In this document: positions 26,364 through 35,945 of the stretch, one piece after another
How positions within the stretch are numbered: position 1 is the stretch's first letter
Layout of the letters: every line of letters starts with the position of its first letter
IMG/VR virus record: IMGVR_UViG_3300027969_000050
Span: 32,001-96,000 of that record
Origin: a virus
DNA length: 64,000 nucleotides
Strand: one strand, 5' to 3'
The notes under the pieces: generated by a model
What the model saw: only the letters and a program-made list of their open reading frames with translations
Database searches by the model: none
Told to the model about the DNA's origin: nothing
Program-made: the position numbers and the translations under genes

Positions 26364-28979
26364 CTAAGAGTGCATTAAGCCGTTCCAGCCAGAGGTAAGC
26401 TGCTGGTTTACTGGCTGGGCGTTAGGGTAGTTCTCGTAATACCACTTGTTAGCTGCCGACTGACCTTCGTTAGTCCAGATGCGGGAATACTCCCTTGCGA
26501 TATCGGCAGGATTGTTTCGAGGTTCGACAAACGTGTTATACATTGGCTCGCCCATTCTTTCGCCAAAGGGGACCTCCTCTAGCTCACGGTTGTATTGCTG
26601 TACAGTAACCGGCTGATTTTCGGTTAGAGGCAATTTGTCAAATGGGTCAGGGTCGCGGCGGCGACCAAACTCATCATAGCTAACTGGTGGCGGCGCCGTG
26701 TAATCTCCCGGTTGCGCGTCATTGTTGAGACCCATATTAATTCTTTCGCGCCCTTCATCAGACAACTGTGGGTTGGTCGGATCTTTGTATTCGCCCGCCA
26801 TTGGATCCTTGCCGGGTGGGGTTCTTAGCTGGATAAGATTTAGGAACCTTTCGTCAATAACTTCATCGGCAACTTCCCTTTTAAGAGCCTCTTCATCAAA
26901 ACTAAAAGCCTCCACTTCCCCGCCTGCTTCTGAGTACTGCGCTTCTTCCTCTGGCGACATTTCATCAGTAATGTAACGAGGATAACGTTCGTACTCTCCA
27001 GCCCAATAGTCAAGAATTTCTTTAATGAAGTTGTTCAAGTTCATTCCATAAAAACCATAGCTGCCTTGCTCGCTTAGAAGCCCAATAAATGTTTCCGGGA
27101 ACGAATGGTAGTTTTCTACTGCATCCATAGCAAGCGCCTCAGGAATTGGATCGGCCTCAAGCGTACACTCGTCATCGATGTTGTCGTCAGAAAATTGGCG
27201 AATTACGTCCCAAGGATCATCCATAATTGCTTCTGCCCTGTCGATTTCTTCGACGCTTCCAAAGTCCCAATTAGTAATGCCACCGGCACGCTCGGCCCAG
27301 TCATACATTCCAAGACTTTCAAAATAGTAAGCATTGTCACGGTTTTCGGACAAGCTGTCATTTCCTTGGCCGCCACCATCATCGTCTCGGCCTGTAAAAT
27401 TGTTGAAGGCAGAAATTAATTCTCGCCATTCCTCCTTCGGATATCCGGACCTTCCTTGAATGTGTCCCAAAGAGTTGTCCTCAGGATTCCAATTCCAAGT
27501 TGCCTTTGGAATTCCGTCTGGATCACGAAGAGAAAAGCACTCTAATTTTTCTTCCGCAATGCCGTAAACATACGGCTGCTCATCACTGCCAATGCAGTGT
27601 CCTAGAATTGCTGTTTCTAAGCGTGCGCTTTCTGCGGTTGTGATTTGTACAGCGCGCCAGCCTTTATATTTTTCTGGGTCAATTATTCCCGGGTAGCCTC
27701 GTTCAACGAGATCTTCCATTGTGTAAGGCTCGTCACGACTTGTTTCGCCGCGCAGCTTTGCGTCCTCTAGTTCTTCTAGGACCTGCATATTTCTAGCCTC
27801 AATTGCCTGCGGAAGGTCAACGACCATTGGGTTGTAAAACTGATCAGGAGGGGTATTTGCCCTTTGAAGTTCGTCCTCTTTGCGCTTAGACGTTTCGTCT
27901 TCAAGTAGCTGTTTTGAATACTGCTTGATCATTTCTTGGCTACGGACCCATTCAAGATGCTCATCAGAAATTTTCCACGCTTGATCCACGTCCATCTCCA
28001 TAACATTCTTGCCTTGTCGAAATGGAGACTGACGGGCGTTAAACCATGTTGCGATTGAACCAAACAATAATTCTACGTTTGTGGTGCCGTGATTCAAGCC
28101 AATTTGGTCTCCTCGAGCGGCTTCGCCTCTAGCTCCAAAGTTTGGAGTAATGTCGTTCTTTGCCAGTCTTGCAACAAGCCAAGGAAGCAGCCCTTCAGCG
28201 TCATTTTTGGCGCAGAGATTATCAAGGCGTTCAAGAACTTTGAGTCCAGCATTAGGACCACCGGGGCCTTGAGAGTTTGGGACCTCCCCGGAGAGCGGAC
28301 CATTGCGTCTAAATATTTTTTGGTTTTGCTTGAAGATTTTTCGTCCGGCATTTGTCTTGAGGTCCGGAACGAAGTCTTCTTGCTGACCCCGAGTTTCCTC
28401 AACCGCATTATCAATCCCTCGACGCAGATCAGAGGCAATTGCGTCTGATATACCTTCTTGAGCAATTCGAGCTATTTGAGGAGGGGAGAGTTCTACTATC
28501 CCGATGTTTAGTTCTTTAGCCTGTTCCAGCCCAAATAGGAATAATTTGCCTTCAGCGTCGCAAACAATAGCGTCTACGTCAAGGACTCTACGATCACGGA
28601 ATTCGTACCCATTGCTTACAAGCCAATTGGTTAGGTGTATTTCCGCCATAGAGGGAGTGCGGCCAGCATCGTGAGTGGCGAAAGGGTCGTAGTCCTCTGG
28701 TGGCGTCCCGAACTTGCCAATAAAAAGGCCTACTTTTGGTTTTGGCGCCTCTTCTTCCTCAGCGGCAACTTTCGTCTGCTCTTCCTTGTCCGAATGCCAA
28801 TATCCGCATGAGCAAGGCAGGCCACTAAAAATATTTCTGTGGGTGTAATTCTCCGCATTTTGCGGGTCTTCTTCTTGAAGCGCTTCAGAAATTTTTCTGC
28901 TTGACAGGTCGTCAAACCCAATCATCTCTGGGGTCAGATCGCCTTCAAAGAAAGGGTCTTTTGAGAATTTGCGAGGCAT
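26364..28979 (-). CDS. large acidic multidomain protein with PcfJ-like domain
   Basis: LETAILGHCIGS..Y..CFSLRDPDGIPKAT..HIQGRSG matches the PcfJ-like pattern. Confidence 0.7.
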   Translation of the reverse strand: MPRKFSKDPFFEGDLTPEMIGFDDLSSRKISEALQEEDPQNAENYTHRNIFSGLPCSCGYWHSDKEEQTKVAAEEEEAPKPKVGLFIGKFGTPPEDYDPFATHDAGRTPSMAEIHLTNWLVSNGYEFRDRRVLDVDAIVCDAEGKLFLFGLEQAKELNIGIVELSPPQIARIAQEGISDAIASDLRRGIDNAVEETRGQQEDFVPDLKTNAGRKIFKQNQKIFRRNGPLSGEVPNSQGPGGPNAGLKVLERLDNLCAKNDAEGLLPWLVARLAKNDITPNFGARGEAARGDQIGLNHGTTNVELLFGSIATWFNARQSPFRQGKNVMEMDVDQAWKISDEHLEWVRSQEMIKQYSKQLLEDETSKRKEDELQRANTPPDQFYNPMVVDLPQAIEARNMQVLEELEDAKLRGETSRDEPYTMEDLVERGYPGIIDPEKYKGWRAVQITTAESARLETAILGHCIGSDEQPYVYGIAEEKLECFSLRDPDGIPKATWNWNPEDNSLGHIQGRSGYPKEEWRELISAFNNFTGRDDDGGGQGNDSLSENRDNAYYFESLGMYDWAERAGGITNWDFGSVEEIDRAEAIMDDPWDVIRQFSDDNIDDECTLEADPIPEALAMDAVENYHSFPETFIGLLSEQGSYGFYGMNLNNFIKEILDYWAGEYERYPRYITDEMSPEEEAQYSEAGGEVEAFSFDEEALKREVADEVIDERFLNLIQLRTPPGKDPMAGEYKDPTNPQLSDEGRERINMGLNNDAQPGDYTAPPPVSYDEFGRRRDPDPFDKLPLTENQPVTVQQYNRELEEVPFGERMGEPMYNTFVEPRNNPADIAREYSRIWTNEGQSAANKWYYENYPNAQPVNQQLTSGWNGLMHS

Positions 28980-29032
28980 TCAATACTTACGGGCCAGATC
29001 CTCCGAATATGTAGGCGAACCTGCATCGGCAC

Positions 29033-29061
29033 TTGCACTGATCGCATGGATGCGCTATACT
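29033..29061 (+). promoter_or_regulatory. sigma70/SigA-type promoter
   Basis: TTGCAC-N17-TATACT, then AAGGA SD and ATG 29084. Confidence 0.7.
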
Positions 29062-29083
29062 ATGTACTCAAGAAAGGAACGTT

Positions 29084-29365
29084 ATGACTGTTGACCATTA
29101 CTCAGCCCTTTGGGACGAATCAGCTACCGAAGAGGACGTTATTCAGACGTATCAACACCTCATAAACACTGGCCAAGCATGGCAGCTTGAAGGCCATGTT
29201 GGACGTACTGCGATGCGTCTTATCGAGGACGGAGTTTGCGCCCTTGGCAAGTCCGATCACCGCGACTACTACGGAGGCCACATTCCTAGTCGTTTTCAGG
29301 TCGAGGCCGGAACCAAGGGAAGCGTCGAGTTCGTACAAGAACACGGTAACGAGGTCTCAGAATGA
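29084..29365 (+). CDS. hypothetical phage protein
   Basis: YQHLINTGQAWQLEGHVGRTAMRLIEDG; own promoter and SD. Confidence 0.75.
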   Translation: MTVDHYSALWDESATEEDVIQTYQHLINTGQAWQLEGHVGRTAMRLIEDGVCALGKSDHRDYYGGHIPSRFQVEAGTKGSVEFVQEHGNEVSE

Positions 29366-29477
29366 CCAGCGCTCTTATAGTTGGGGCGCTTGTTATTTTC
29401 GTTGGTGCCTTGCTGGCAGCCATCGATTTGGTTCTGGATTTCTTCTGGGGTAAAACACCGAAGAGAAAGAAACGACG

Positions 29478-29864
29478 ATGAGGATTCTAATCACAACAAT
29501 TGCATTCTGCGCTCTTGCGGCTCCAGCTATAGCCAGCCCGATCAGTCCAAGCTTGATCGGCGTGATGCCTGAGCAACCTCCTATTGTCAAGGCCAAACCC
29601 AAGGTCAAGCCCATGCCAGACAACTCAGAGGTTTGGATTAGGATTGGACGTTGCGAACAACCGGGTTCGGGTAAGTGGGGAATCAATTGGAGCCACCCCG
29701 GACCTCAGTTTCAAGGTGGCCTAGGTTTCTATTCAGGAACTTGGGATTCGTACAGGCCTAGTGGCTACCCAGATGAAGCTGGGCAAGCTACTTGGCGTCA
29801 ACAAATGAACGTCGCAAACCGCGTCGCAAACGACGTAGGGTTTTCGGCTTGGGGGTGTTTTTAA
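29478..29864 (+). CDS. secreted resuscitation-promoting-factor (Rpf)-like transglycosylase
   Basis: signal peptide; WIRIGRCE..NW..FQGGLGF..TW..ATWRQQMNVANRV..GFSAWGC aligns with the Rpf core, catalytic Glu retained. Confidence 0.85.
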   Translation: MRILITTIAFCALAAPAIASPISPSLIGVMPEQPPIVKAKPKVKPMPDNSEVWIRIGRCEQPGSGKWGINWSHPGPQFQGGLGFYSGTWDSYRPSGYPDEAGQATWRQQMNVANRVANDVGFSAWGCF

Positions 29865-30256
29865 TGATTGCCACAGCACTAGCAGCAGCAGCACTAATGA
29901 CCGGATCCGGTACCGCCTATCACAGTTGCGATGGCAGTACCTCGATGACAGCAAGCGGACGGACGGCAAAGGTCGGCTACGTCGCTCACAACGGCCTGCC
30001 TATTGGGTCATGGATTGAAATGGTTCGCCCTCGTACCGTCATGGACCGCAAGTGGTTCCAAGTCATGGATCGCGGCGGACCCTCCTTCCTAGTTGATTTC
30101 TGGGCCAAGGACTGTTCTTGGATGCATGCCTTCGGACGCAGAACAATTACGATCAAAGCCGTCCCGAGGTCAGAACTCTACCGAGGCAAGCCTATGAAAG
30201 GCTGGTCGTTTCGTAGAGGCTCAAAGTCAGCCAAGCTTGTTTGGAGGGCGAAATAA
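29864..30256 (+). CDS. secreted 3D / RlpA-like double-psi barrel protein
   Basis: TAY..MTASG..VA..LPIGS..VMDRGG..VDFW; TAATG coupled to the Rpf gene. Confidence 0.75.
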   Translation: MIATALAAAALMTGSGTAYHSCDGSTSMTASGRTAKVGYVAHNGLPIGSWIEMVRPRTVMDRKWFQVMDRGGPSFLVDFWAKDCSWMHAFGRRTITIKAVPRSELYRGKPMKGWSFRRGSKSAKLVWRAK

Positions 30257-30609
30257 TGGCCGCTCCCAAAAGCCCCCTAAGCGAAACCGTTGAGTTTGGT
30301 CAAACCCTGCGCCTGTGGGACTACGACTGCGCCGGGTATCAGATCGGATACATTGACGAGGACGGCTGCTGCTGGGAGTCCTGCCGGGAGCGAGACCTAG
30401 CAACAACCGAAGGCCGCTTCAGGGACGGAATGATTTACTGGAACCGAGGGGAGGCTAGTTCGCCTCCTAATGCTCTAGAAATTGCCAAGCTTGAGTGCCG
30501 GGACCCAGACAACATTGAGGACGCGGCTAAGGCCGCTGAGGGCCTTGTGGGGGACAAGCCTTGGGATATCGGACAGGCCTTGGGGCGTCCGGTTACAAGA
30601 GCGGCTTAG
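30256..30609 (+). CDS. hypothetical protein
   Basis: GGAGG SD and TAATG coupling. Confidence 0.65.
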   Translation: MAAPKSPLSETVEFGQTLRLWDYDCAGYQIGYIDEDGCCWESCRERDLATTEGRFRDGMIYWNRGEASSPPNALEIAKLECRDPDNIEDAAKAAEGLVGDKPWDIGQALGRPVTRAA

Positions 30610-31223
30610 TCGTCGTAATCGTCGTACTGGCTTTCACCGTAGCCATCGTTGTAGCTATCGATGGCGCGCCTGTGTAGCTCCGTAATAACCTCGTCGTTAT
30701 CGAAAACAGCCTTTGCGACCGCTGCGGTCAACTCCTCAGGAATCTGAGGGTAGATGTACTCAATCTCTTCATTTGTATCAGGAGAGGTGTAAATTGCCTT
30801 CCCGATGGCAAAGTCCGCCTTGGCTTCGTTCAGGTCCACCTCAAAGAGTTCTTCGCTTCCTGCGCCGGACCCCTCTCCCCAATGATTCCAACTACTTTGA
30901 ACATTTGGATCCAAGTCAATATCAATGTCCTCGGCGTAAATGCTTTGACCGGCTGAGTTCTCAACCACCACATATCGAATCGTCGAGCTTCCGGTCATGT
31001 TGACATCGGTAACGGCCCAATCATCGTTTAAGTACCCGGCGCCGATCTTCATGATGTCATTCCAGCTTGATTTCTTTTCATCAAAGATGTCTAGCTGATC
31101 ACCATGCTCATCATCGCACGAGTAGCACTGGCGCGTGTAAGGGTCGATGCTAGTCGGGCTGTCGCCGCAGCGTTCACACTTGGTTACGTTGATTCGTTCA
31201 GGCTTCTTGTCTGGATCTTCCAT
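30606..31223 (-). CDS. acidic protein with N-terminal Zn finger
   Basis: CERC..CYSC; SSWNDIMKIGA junction. Confidence 0.7.
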   Translation of the reverse strand: MEDPDKKPERINVTKCERCGDSPTSIDPYTRQCYSCDDEHGDQLDIFDEKKSSWNDIMKIGAGYLNDDWAVTDVNMTGSSTIRYVVVENSAGQSIYAEDIDIDLDPNVQSSWNHWGEGSGAGSEELFEVDLNEAKADFAIGKAIYTSPDTNEEIEYIYPQIPEELTAAVAKAVFDNDEVITELHRRAIDSYNDGYGESQYDDYDD

Positions 31224-31255
31224 ACAAGGCTTAAACGACTGTAAGCGGCAATAAA

Positions 31256-31522
31256 CTAGGCTTTACTAGTCCACCACACGTCCCGAATGATCGAAATCAT
31301 TGGAAGGTTGATTTCGATACCCATTGGGCTGAAGTAAATTCCGAAGCGAATGTCCTTTGGGACAAAATAAAAGTTCCAATTCGCATGCTTAACCAGATCG
31401 GAATCTTTCATCATCCTCTTAAACTCTTTGTAGTCATTGATCTCGCGCTCGTTTTGCATCTCTTTAAAAATCTTAGCCATGTCCTCTCCAATATTTCTCT
31501 CACTGGGTAGTAGATCAAACAT
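31256..31522 (-). CDS. hypothetical protein
   Basis: 88-aa ORF with AAGGAAGG upstream. Confidence 0.5.
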   Translation of the reverse strand: MFDLLPSERNIGEDMAKIFKEMQNEREINDYKEFKRMMKDSDLVKHANWNFYFVPKDIRFGIYFSPMGIEINLPMISIIRDVWWTSKA

Positions 31523-31702
31523 CTTTAACGCCTTCCTTGTGCTTTTGGATCATGTTAATCATCGAATCCAGAGCCTCTTCGTTGAACGGAACATGGAACA
31601 TGATCTCGGACTTTTCGTCGAGGAAGTTGAATTGCAACCCATCTTCGATCTCATCCGATCCCCACTTACAACTCTCAATAGAAATTCTAATCATTTTCTC
31701 TC

Positions 31703-32521
31703 CTAAAGCGTCAAAGCGCCGAATTTGGACTGGTGAACGGCCTCTATTCTAGCAACCGTTTCGTCAAGCGGAACCTTGGTCAAGCTCGCCGTTTCTTCGA
31801 TGCCGTTTCCGTGCATCTTAATCCTTGCCTTTGGAGCTTTTAGTTCTTTCCGCCACCATGCAAGAATCGACCGCTCAACTTCAAGGGCGTCAGATCCACG
31901 AGGGAAATGCCAAGTCCCATAGATGTCCCAGCCCTGCTGGCGAAACTTATTTAGACGAGATTCGCGCTCGATATCGCCACTAACGCCGACCTTGATAGTG
32001 GTGTTTTTAATCGCAAGGTAGACCATCGCTGGCAGCTTGCCATTAAACCCAGTTGGCTTTCTACATTTGGCGCAAGCCAATCCTACTTTTCTGGGGTCCC
32101 GGATGTTTGCAGCACTCGCCTCCCACTCATGCTTACAAGTGAGGCAGCGAATAGGAACCTTGACAAATTGGTTGACGGGCGGTCCAAGCCATTCGGCTCC
32201 AACAGCAAAAGCCTCGGCGTCTCTCTGCTCCCGAGTAGCCGTTACCTTTTCGTCATGGCTTTTCCTTGCGCACTTGGGGCAGCCCCATTTGCGAGTCTTG
32301 TTTCCTTGGCTGGTATACCCGTTTTTGACAGATTTTGCACCTGACGAAACATTGTTTGGCAGCGCGGCCCATTCGTTTCCGCAACTAAGGCAGCGGATGG
32401 GAGTCTTATCTTTGCCTCTTCCGCAAGGCTCCAGCCATTCCGCCCCAATTGCTTTGGCCTGACGATCCCTAATCTTCTGGGATACCTTTTTGTATCCAAC
32501 CTTTTTGTATCTAGACGGCAT
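31703..32521 (-). CDS. Zn-ribbon repeat protein with GIY-YIG-like C-terminal domain (putative endonuclease)
   Basis: two CxxC..EW..CxxC units; VYL..IKVGVS..RL..A..VE; GGAGG SD before ATG 32521. Confidence 0.65.
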   Translation of the reverse strand: MPSRYKKVGYKKVSQKIRDRQAKAIGAEWLEPCGRGKDKTPIRCLSCGNEWAALPNNVSSGAKSVKNGYTSQGNKTRKWGCPKCARKSHDEKVTATREQRDAEAFAVGAEWLGPPVNQFVKVPIRCLTCKHEWEASAANIRDPRKVGLACAKCRKPTGFNGKLPAMVYLAIKNTTIKVGVSGDIERESRLNKFRQQGWDIYGTWHFPRGSDALEVERSILAWWRKELKAPKARIKMHGNGIEETASLTKVPLDETVARIEAVHQSKFGALTL

Positions 32522-33023
32522 TTTGATCCTCCTCTGGACTCCAAGGCTTGCCGCCAATCCAATCCATAACGTCATCAAGAGAAACGTCGCAGGACCTTAG
32601 GTCGTCAAGCAGAACAGTTTCCGTTTTGCCCTCGACCATATCGATGTCCTTGGCGACACGACGATTGATTCTAGGCACCCAAAGATCTCGCCTCCACCAC
32701 CGAATGACCTCCTGTTCGGCAGCAAGCGCTTCCGAGCCAAGATCAAAGTACCTCATGCCGTAGAGCTTCCAGCAATTTCGATTAAACTTAGCTAGTCGGG
32801 AGCTTTGGTTCTGATGGGAGTCTTTGGTCGTCTTTATCCAAAGCTGCCCGGTCACGCCAACCTTGACAACGGTTGGTCGAAGGTTCTCCCTTCTGACTGA
32901 GAGGTACGCAACAGCAGGGGCGTCTAGATTGAATCCCAGCCTTTGCGTTGGTTTATTTGGCTCCGGCATGAGCCTCTCGATTTTTGCGTTGAACTGGGCA
33001 GCAAACTCATCAAGACTCGTCAT
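32511..33023 (-). CDS. GIY-YIG-like domain protein, paralogue of the downstream gene's C-terminus
   Basis: GFNLDAPAVAYL..VKVGVTG..SRLAKF..GSEALAAEQEVIRWWR..ET. Confidence 0.6.
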   Translation of the reverse strand: MTSLDEFAAQFNAKIERLMPEPNKPTQRLGFNLDAPAVAYLSVRRENLRPTVVKVGVTGQLWIKTTKDSHQNQSSRLAKFNRNCWKLYGMRYFDLGSEALAAEQEVIRWWRRDLWVPRINRRVAKDIDMVEGKTETVLLDDLRSCDVSLDDVMDWIGGKPWSPEEDQNAV

Positions 33024-33474
33024 CGTCTTCTCCGCCTAGGTGAGCATGGAGATCAATGTGCATTTGGGTAAGCATTTCGGTCATGCCGTTCATCTGGACC
33101 TCTAGAGCGTCCATACGCTTCACTACGGAGTCCAGCTCCAGTTCTACTCCCAAAGGGTCGTCAAAGTGCATTTACGGCCTCCCTAGCGCTCTCATAGCCT
33201 TAGACCGCCAACCGCATGAGCAGATGGCCAGCTTGGCTGGTTTCTTGCTGAACCGATCACGGAAGTGATAGGCAGTAAGTCGATGTTTGATGCGCTGAGT
33301 AAGCATGTTGAATCCCCTTGGGCTTTGCCCGCGAGTTTTTGCGGTAATTACGGTCAAGCCTGTCGTGTGCGGGATCTGTGCGGAAGGGCGCAGCCTGCTA
33401 TTGGAATAACGGCTGCGCTTTCCCCACTTAGCCCGGAATCGACGACTGAACCCATAGGGCTTAGTATAGCAGAG

Positions 33475-33711
33475 TTATTGAAGAAAGCGGGAGCGAGTGT
33501 AGTTGTCTCGTAGTTTCTTCATTGCTTGATAGTCTTGGTATTCGATTCTTAAGGAAATTATTATTGCTAAGACACTAATGATAATGAGAGCCATTCCTAA
33601 GAAATGATGGCCGAAGGTCTTAGTTAGTACTCCTAGGGCTAGGATGATTACTGATAGGGCTAGGCTCATTGGTTGTTTTCCTTTTGGGCGAGATTGTCTT
33701 TTACTGGCCAA
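33475..33711 (-). CDS. small 2-TM membrane protein
   Basis: two hydrophobic helices. Confidence 0.55.
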   Translation of the reverse strand: MASKRQSRPKGKQPMSLALSVIILALGVLTKTFGHHFLGMALIIISVLAIIISLRIEYQDYQAMKKLRDNYTRSRFLQ

Positions 33712-33971
33712 CTGCTTATGGGGTCTATTTCTTCTCTTAGGTAAGTTTTGAGCGTTTCTTGGTTTGCACAGTTTAGGCAGATGTATGTTCTTCTATCTGC
33801 TTGGGAGATTGCTGGGTAGGGTGGATCGTTTCTTTGCCATTCGTTTCCAAAGTTGAGGGGCGTGTATTTGTTGTTCTCGCATCTTGGGCAGAGGGTGGCG
33901 CGAGAATTTCTTCCGAAGTCTCCTGAGTGCCAGCGGTCCGTCATTCTTCTGTGGTTCCGGGGGGCGACCAC
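33666..33971 (-). CDS. Zn-finger hypothetical protein
   Basis: CPRC..YPAISQADRRTYICLNC. Confidence 0.65.
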   Translation of the reverse strand: MVAPRNHRRMTDRWHSGDFGRNSRATLCPRCENNKYTPLNFGNEWQRNDPPYPAISQADRRTYICLNCANQETLKTYLREEIDPISSWPVKDNLAQKENNQ

Positions 33972-34189
33972 TTCACGATGTTGAGGAAGTCTTGGTACTT
34001 TTTGTCATCGGAGGAGGTTTCCTCAATGAACTGGTTGTGCTTCATCAGGTTTATTTCACGGCGAGTTTCTCCGTGGGACTGGCGTTCGTGTTGCCAGTAG
34101 TCGTAGAAGTTTGCGGCGTTTTGATTAACGGCCTCGAGATTCGCTTCTAGCTCTTTGATGCGGGCTTCAAGATCTTTTCTTTTAAACAC
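33941..34189 (-). CDS. coiled-coil hypothetical protein
   Basis: GGAGG SD; LEARIKELEANLE. Confidence 0.6.
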   Translation of the reverse strand: MFKRKDLEARIKELEANLEAVNQNAANFYDYWQHERQSHGETRREINLMKHNQFIEETSSDDKKYQDFLNIVKWSPPGTTEE

Positions 34190-34214
34190 TGAACTTGCCC
34201 TCCGGTTGTGTGTG

Positions 34215-34397
34215 CTACAGAGAAGAAATACTATCGCCCCAAGAGACCGCTGTCAAGTGGCGATCTTTACGGCGAGCTTTGTCCTTCTGGCTCTGCTTAA
34301 CGACGTAATGGATTTCTTGGGAGATCCACTGCATCTCGACTAACATCTTTGAGACCTGAGTCCGGAGGACTGGATCTTTGATGTTAGGAGGGGCCAT
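34215..34397 (-). CDS. hypothetical protein
   Basis: 60-aa ORF, TAATG coupled. Confidence 0.5.
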   Translation of the reverse strand: MAPPNIKDPVLRTQVSKMLVEMQWISQEIHYVVKQSQKDKARRKDRHLTAVSWGDSISSL

Positions 34398-35023
34398 TAG
34401 AAGTCGGAAGGACGGTATTCGGGAGAGAGATCTTTGCCGGGACCATGACGACCCATTGCCGTTCCGTCGGGGTCGTAAGGATCTTCAAGATCTTCAAGAG
34501 CGTCAGATTCCATTCCTCGCTTGTCTTCCATCATTTGAATCTTCATCTTGACTTCTTCGATCTGTTCCATGAGACCAGCCAACTCTTCCTCAGCAGCTAA
34601 TAGAGGGTCGGGCTGCGGTTCCTCTGGACGATTCTCAATCTCAAACGCTCCTGAACGAGGATCATCATTGGTTAGCTGACTATGAACGCTGCCTTGCCTC
34701 GATGAGTAATTGCGGTTCTCCCAATCAAAGGCTAGGCTCTCGTCGTTGGTCAAATTCGTCTCAGAGGACAGCTCGCTAAGACAGTCATCGCAAAGCTTCT
34801 GATTTCCATAACCGGCCTCAGCAAGATAATGAAAGTTTTTCGTGTTGTCGCCTGTCAGAACGTCTTCGCAATGCTCACAACGTTCTGGCTTCCATCCCTC
34901 GGGAGCCATAACAGGGAACTTAGTCGAAGGCTGATCGCCAGCTTCGTAATCCTCAAGTTCATATTCGCTAGGGAACCAAGGATTGCCGCTAGTGATTTGA
35001 CTATGAATTGAGTTCTTTTCCAT
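34397..35023 (-). CDS. acidic protein with Zn finger and internal repeat
   Basis: CEHC..CDDC; SIHSQITS / SVHSQLTN duplicated. Confidence 0.7.
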   Translation of the reverse strand: MEKNSIHSQITSGNPWFPSEYELEDYEAGDQPSTKFPVMAPEGWKPERCEHCEDVLTGDNTKNFHYLAEAGYGNQKLCDDCLSELSSETNLTNDESLAFDWENRNYSSRQGSVHSQLTNDDPRSGAFEIENRPEEPQPDPLLAAEEELAGLMEQIEEVKMKIQMMEDKRGMESDALEDLEDPYDPDGTAMGRHGPGKDLSPEYRPSDF

Positions 35024-35184
35024 GGTTATCTTAGGCTCGTCTTAAGGCTTCCTTAGTCTTTATAGGTCTGTTTATAGTGTTTAATAGTATTGGGGTATAG
35101 CAGACTTGTTTTGAAAGCGGTAGCTCCTAGCTTTCTGTCTGGCGACCTGCTATACTTGTTGAACACCAACCGAAGGACTCAATC

Positions 35185-35748
35185 ATGGACAGCGAAGAAT
35201 TCAATCCCATTGACTTTGAAGACCGCCCCGGATACCGGGCGTTCATCATTGGCGACCTCAAGCTCGTGTTCAAAGAGGACGAAGATCCTCTTGGGCCAAA
35301 AGAGATCCATCTGCTCGTTCGCGGCGAGCCAGTAGCCTCGGCGGTTTTCAATCCAACCAACACGGCAATTGCTTTTGATATTTCCGACGGCGCGGCGGAT
35401 CACGAACGGGCAATGCAACTGTTTACCGAACTCGTGAACTCCTTCCAAGACAAGCAAGTTGTGGCGGCGGAGTTTAGGGTCGAACTAGACACTTGGGAAC
35501 ACGCAGACCCCCGTATGCCTTTCGGACCCACCACCTACTCTCAGGACGCGCCTGAGGACCCTTACGCGGCCTATGTGAAGGAAGACCCGGAGCGGGTCGA
35601 GGATCTCATCAACAGGATGATTTGCAACATCAATGACGACGAGGCGCCGTTTGATATCTTTCAAGAAAATCGATGGGTAAAGGATCACGGCGAGCAGTGC
35701 AAGGTGGACTGTCCAATGACCGAAGAGGAATACTGGGAAGGCGAATAA
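35185..35748 (+). CDS. acidic hypothetical protein
   Basis: TGCTATACT promoter at about 35148-35156 and AAGGA SD. Confidence 0.75.
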   Translation: MDSEEFNPIDFEDRPGYRAFIIGDLKLVFKEDEDPLGPKEIHLLVRGEPVASAVFNPTNTAIAFDISDGAADHERAMQLFTELVNSFQDKQVVAAEFRVELDTWEHADPRMPFGPTTYSQDAPEDPYAAYVKEDPERVEDLINRMICNINDDEAPFDIFQENRWVKDHGEQCKVDCPMTEEEYWEGE

Positions 35749-35945
35749 TGACGAATAACTACTACATCATTCGTTTTTGTTTGGACAGAGAGGACCCTGA
35801 CCACCTGCGAATTATTCGCACCGGCTTGACAAGAGCCGAAGCGATGGAGCATTGCGGGCGGGAAGACACACACGAGAAAAACCCGGACGGAACTACTAAG
35901 TGGTTCGACGGCTTTGATTACGAGAAAAGCAAGGTGAAATTGTGA
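35748..35945 (+). CDS. hypothetical phage protein
   Basis: IIRTGLTRAEAMEHC..WFDGFD; TAATG coupled. Confidence 0.65.
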   Translation: MTNNYYIIRFCLDREDPDHLRIIRTGLTRAEAMEHCGREDTHEKNPDGTTKWFDGFDYEKSKVKL

